From positions 34,410,001 to 34,474,000 of the forward strand of contig OZ038378.1 of assembly GCA_964036045.1 (NCBI GenBank): a stretch of DNA of 64,000 nt. The letters are read 5' to 3'. The notes under the pieces are model-generated. The model had not been told where the DNA came from, searched no databases, and saw nothing but the letters and a program-made list of their open reading frames with translations. The stretch comes from Eutreptiella sp. 'Long Island Sound 2002' (Eukaryota > Protista > Euglenida). A program made the translations under genes and the position numbers. Shown piece by piece: positions 60,460-64,000 of this stretch. Numbering within the stretch: position 1 is the stretch's first letter; every line of letters begins with the position of its first letter.

Positions 60460-60956
60460 CCCCACTAACCCCCCATCCCGACCCGCGAAGATGTGGGATC
60501 CCAGTACGGGGTCCCATGAGGTATGAGGGCCCGGATAGGGACCCAATGGACCACAATGGCCATGGACAACATACAGAAACACACACATAATGCATTATAT
60601 GTTGCGTTGTGCCATTGTTAGGAGGGTCAATATTTGGGGAATCGAGTTAATATTTGTGAGATTAATATTAATGCTGGCGACTCTTTAATTTTTAACTTTT
60701 CAAATATTAATCCAAAAATTAAAAACAAAAATTAAAGCCGAGAGCCATTTTAACATTTTGAAACAACCACATGGGTAGGACCCCCCCACCAACCCCCGAG
60801 GGGAAATGGCACCCAAGCCCGTAAGGCAACCCATGGGGGTCATAATTTTCATGGCAAACCCCCTCACCCCCCCTAAAAGAATTGAAACTTGAGATTAACG
60901 TGTTCATTTTTGGCGCCAAATATTAGATATATTGGGTTTAATTTGGGCCACTAGGG

Positions 60957-61320
60957 AATGTAGGCCGGCACGTCATGTGTGCGCTACGGGTCCGCCTCAT
61001 CCCGGGCCCCCTCCGCTTACACAGCCGCTAGTCCCACCTCCTCGGTCGGGATGTCCCGGGGGGGGGGGTCAGCACCAGTGAGTCCCCAGCTGCTCCACCC
61101 ACGATCGCCGCCGGTGGTTGTCTCTGGGTGGGGGTGGGGGGGGGGGGCACCCTCCCCAATTTGCGCCTACTGGACGGTTGAAACCTCCATCGTGGGGGCT
61201 TCCAAACAGGTGGCCCACGCCGTGCCCGCAATATCATCCATCTGGGCCATTCAGAGGACTTGGGTTGTTGTGCCCGCGTCGCTGAGCGCTTGGGTGGAGG
61301 AGTCTAGGTCGACGTCCACG
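60957..61320 (-). mobile_element. Probable continuation of LINE-B2 beyond the DNA transposon
   Basis: GC-rich sequence resumes after the AA TSD; assignment to ORF1 is inferred from position. Confidence 0.5.
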
Positions 61321-61323
61321 TTT

Positions 61324-62510
61324 GTCAATAATGATTTGAGGTCAACAAACAAGGCCAAGCACTGCAGACATGTGTGGACTGGGCCATGGTACTATTTTGT
61401 GTAGGGAGTGCCGCTCACAAAGGCAAGTGTAGACCATCGGTCAATAATGCTTCGAGGTCAAAAAACAAGGCCAAGCGCTGCAGACATGTGTGGATGGGGC
61501 CCGGGTACTATTTTATGGAGGGGGTGGTGCTCACCAAGGCAAGTGTAAGCCATCCGTCAATAATGATTGGAGGTCAAAAAACAAGGCCAAGCAATGTAGA
61601 CATGTGTGGACTCGACCAGGGTACTGTTTTGTCGAGGGTATGGGGCTAGACCATCCGTCGATAATGATTCGATGTCAAAAAACAAGGCCAAGCACTGCAG
61701 ACATGTGTGGATTGGGCCAATCTATCATTTTGTCGAGGGTGTTGGGGCGCACCAAGGTAAGTGTAGACCGTCCGCCAATAATGATTTGAGGTCCAAAAAC
61801 ATGGCCAAGCACTGCAGACATGTGTGGATTGGAGAAGGGTACTGTTTTGTGGAGGGTGTGGGGCTCACCAAGGCAAGTGTAGCCCATCCGTCAATGATGA
61901 TTCGAGGTCAAAAAACAAGGCCAAGCACTGCAAACATGTGTCGATTGGGCCAATCTACTAATTTGTGGAGGGTGTGGGCCTCACGAAGACAAGTGTAGAC
62001 CATCCGCCAATAATGATTCGAGGTCCAAAAAAATGGCCAAGCACTGCAGACATGTGTGGATTGGAGAAGGGTACTGTTTTGTGAAGGGTATGGAGCTCAC
62101 CAAGGCAAGTGTAGACCATCCGTCAATAATGATTTGAGGTCAAAATACGATGCCAAGCAATGTAGACATGAGTGGAATCGGCTAAGGTATTGATTTGTGG
62201 ATGGTGTGGGGCTCACCAAAGCGGGTGTAGACCATCCGTAAACAATGATTCGAGGGCAAAAAACGATGCCAAGCATTGCAGACATGTGTGGACTCGAGCA
62301 GGGCATTGTTTTGTGGAGGGTATGGAGGTCACCAAGGCAAGTGTAGACCATCCGCGAATAATGATTTGAGGTCAAAAAACATGGCCAAGCACTGCTGACA
62401 TGTGTGGATTGGAGAAGGGTGCTGTTTTGTGAAGGCTGTGGGGCTCGCCAAGGCAAGTGCAGACCATCCGTGAATCAGATTCGAGGTCAAAAAGCAAGGC
62501 CAAGCAGTGC
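61324..62510. repeat. ~117-bp satellite-like tandem repeat (~10 units)
   Basis: aataatgattYgaggtcaaaaa anchor recurs near 61326, 61443, 61559, 61661, 61777, 61894, 62010, 62126, 62243, 62359 and 62474. Confidence 0.92.
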
Positions 62511-64000
62511 AGTCATCAAACCGCCGCAAAAAAATGAATGGCATTGAGTGTAGACCATCCGGCCAAGAAGCATTGCACCACATCATCTCCTGTGAGGTCT
62601 AACCACAGACCATGAATTCGTGCTTGAGCTGCATAGATTGGTCTACCATGTACGTGGTCCTACCGACCTCTCGCACCTCCAAGCTTTCGCCTTCCTCCTG
62701 CCCAACGTCGTGACTAGTGATGTGGTCGCCACTCATGGACGGCTTTTTCCAAGGGGGGAGCCTACCCGTGTCCACGCCCTCCAAGAATTACGACAACAAG
62801 CCCCCCGTGGCGTGCGCGTAGCGCAACACATCGTGCGTCGCCCTCCCCCTTCCTCCTTGGCCCCACAGGAGCCACAGGTTGCAGAAAAGGATCTGCTATA
62901 TTTGCGGCATCAAGGTCTTGCATCAGTGCGGGTAGTCCGTGCACTGAACAAGTTGCCGCCTGGGTTTGGATTGACGGTGGAGCGCCTCCACAAGGCAGAG
63001 GCTACTTGATTACCCTTTTTTGACCGCTCCCTCCGGAATAGTTCCCGGCTGGCCCAGATTGTAGGCACCCTCTTTGGGGGTAGCGGTCGGTGTATGGGGC
63101 TAGGTCACAACCTACCTCCAACTCCAAATTGTGTGTTGTCCCCGGGTGTCTATGCCAATGGGTGCAGACCCTGATGGCAAGGCAATGTGAACATCAAGGT
63201 GTGTTTGATTGACGAGGGAGCTTCACTTTCTCCAATAAGGGCGCACACTCCGCAATGCATGTTGCTGTTGACATGGGGCGAGATGTTGAAAAACGACTAC
63301 GACCAATGGGTCCAACAGGGACGTGCCGAGGAACTGAATAAGCAGCAGAAAACAGTGTTTTGTCTTCCGGTGCAGTAGGGGGGCTGCACGCATAATGTCA
63401 GTGTCCGGATGCAATTTAGGTTTTTTACCGCCGACCGCCACCTTTTGTGGTGGGAATGTGGGGGAAGGTGTTGTGTTGTGTTTCCGTGGCAGTGGCATCA
63501 GGGTTTCCGTGAGCTTTTCCATTCTGACCCGCACCCACTCCAGGTAGTGGGCAGAATCTTCGGTGGTGTTGAAGGTTTCGCTGAGGCATTTGGGAGTCAG
63601 CCGATCCTCCACAATTTGAAGGGAGGCACTAGCCATGCCCGTGGGGTACTAGGGCGCATACTCCAAGCAGATGATGGATGTGGGATGCATTGATATATAT
63701 GTGCTGTTGCGCCTCGGTACAAGTTGGGGACGTTCCACAAGACAGCAAACAGTACCGTAACGTCGCGTGACGCGAATTTTGCACCGGGGTTTCTTTCACT
63801 TGCCATGAGGCGCGAAAATTTGCAGCGCTGATGGCATAGGACTGCATCCTCTTGCTTCCTTTTCATTTGTTGTTTCTGTCTTTCCGGCCATGTGGTAGTC
63901 GTGCTGTATGGCTCAGATATTGGCCTACCCCTAGGGGTATTGTAGGCGTGGGGCAAAATACATGTATACCTCATCCATTTGATCATGGAGTATGCAGAAA

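Larger units (their letters stand above)
56108..60956 (+). mobile_element. RAG1/Transib-like DNA transposon family 1, copy B (4849 bp, both ends intact)
   Basis: Perfect 20-bp TIR CCCTAGTGGCCCAAATTAAA (56108-56127 and 60937-60956; 28 bp with 2 mismatches); 2-bp AA TSD (56106-56107 and 60957-60958). Confidence 0.93.

Noticed and set aside
62700-62800. N6-adenine methyltransferase motif IV (PPW)
   Set aside because: Lacks the N/D/S before PP and any recognisable motif I; insufficient evidence.
1-64000. UAG reassigned to an amino acid
   Set aside because: In-frame TAGs occur only in TE copies, paralogues have TGG or CAG at those sites, and the host exons contain none.

Overview
Eukaryotic, GC-rich DNA with GT-AG introns, made almost entirely of nested transposable elements around one host gene; the organism cannot be determined from the sequence. 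(1) The host gene is on the + strand, with phase-compatible exons at 20456-20684, 28100-28183 and 29567-29747 and a probable exon at 31515-31715. It encodes an EGF-like repeat followed by a GT15 (KRE2/Mnt1-type) mannosyltransferase domain. (2) Two non-LTR retrotransposon families lie on the - strand. LINE-A has an APE endonuclease and a YADD reverse transcriptase (RT). LINE-B has an RRM-containing ORF1 and APE, a WVDD RT, RNase H and a zinc knuckle; it ends in (CACCA)n and its copies stack inside that microsatellite together with a SINE-like element. (3) A decayed hAT transposon, several MITEs, and tandem arrays with 46, 92 and 117 bp units. (4) Most notable: three copies of two diverged families of a ~5 kb DNA transposon (8378-13488, 56108-60956 and truncated 1965-4858). 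The two complete copies have CCCT...AGGG terminal inverted repeats (TIRs) and 2-bp target-site duplications (TSDs). They carry a spliced transposase whose motifs match the RAG1/Transib DDE core by eye but lack the zinc ligands, plus a second conserved downstream coding region. Their introns sit at the same positions in both families but are filled with family-specific palindromic motif arrays that echo each family's own termini. All TE ORFs here carry stops or frameshifts.
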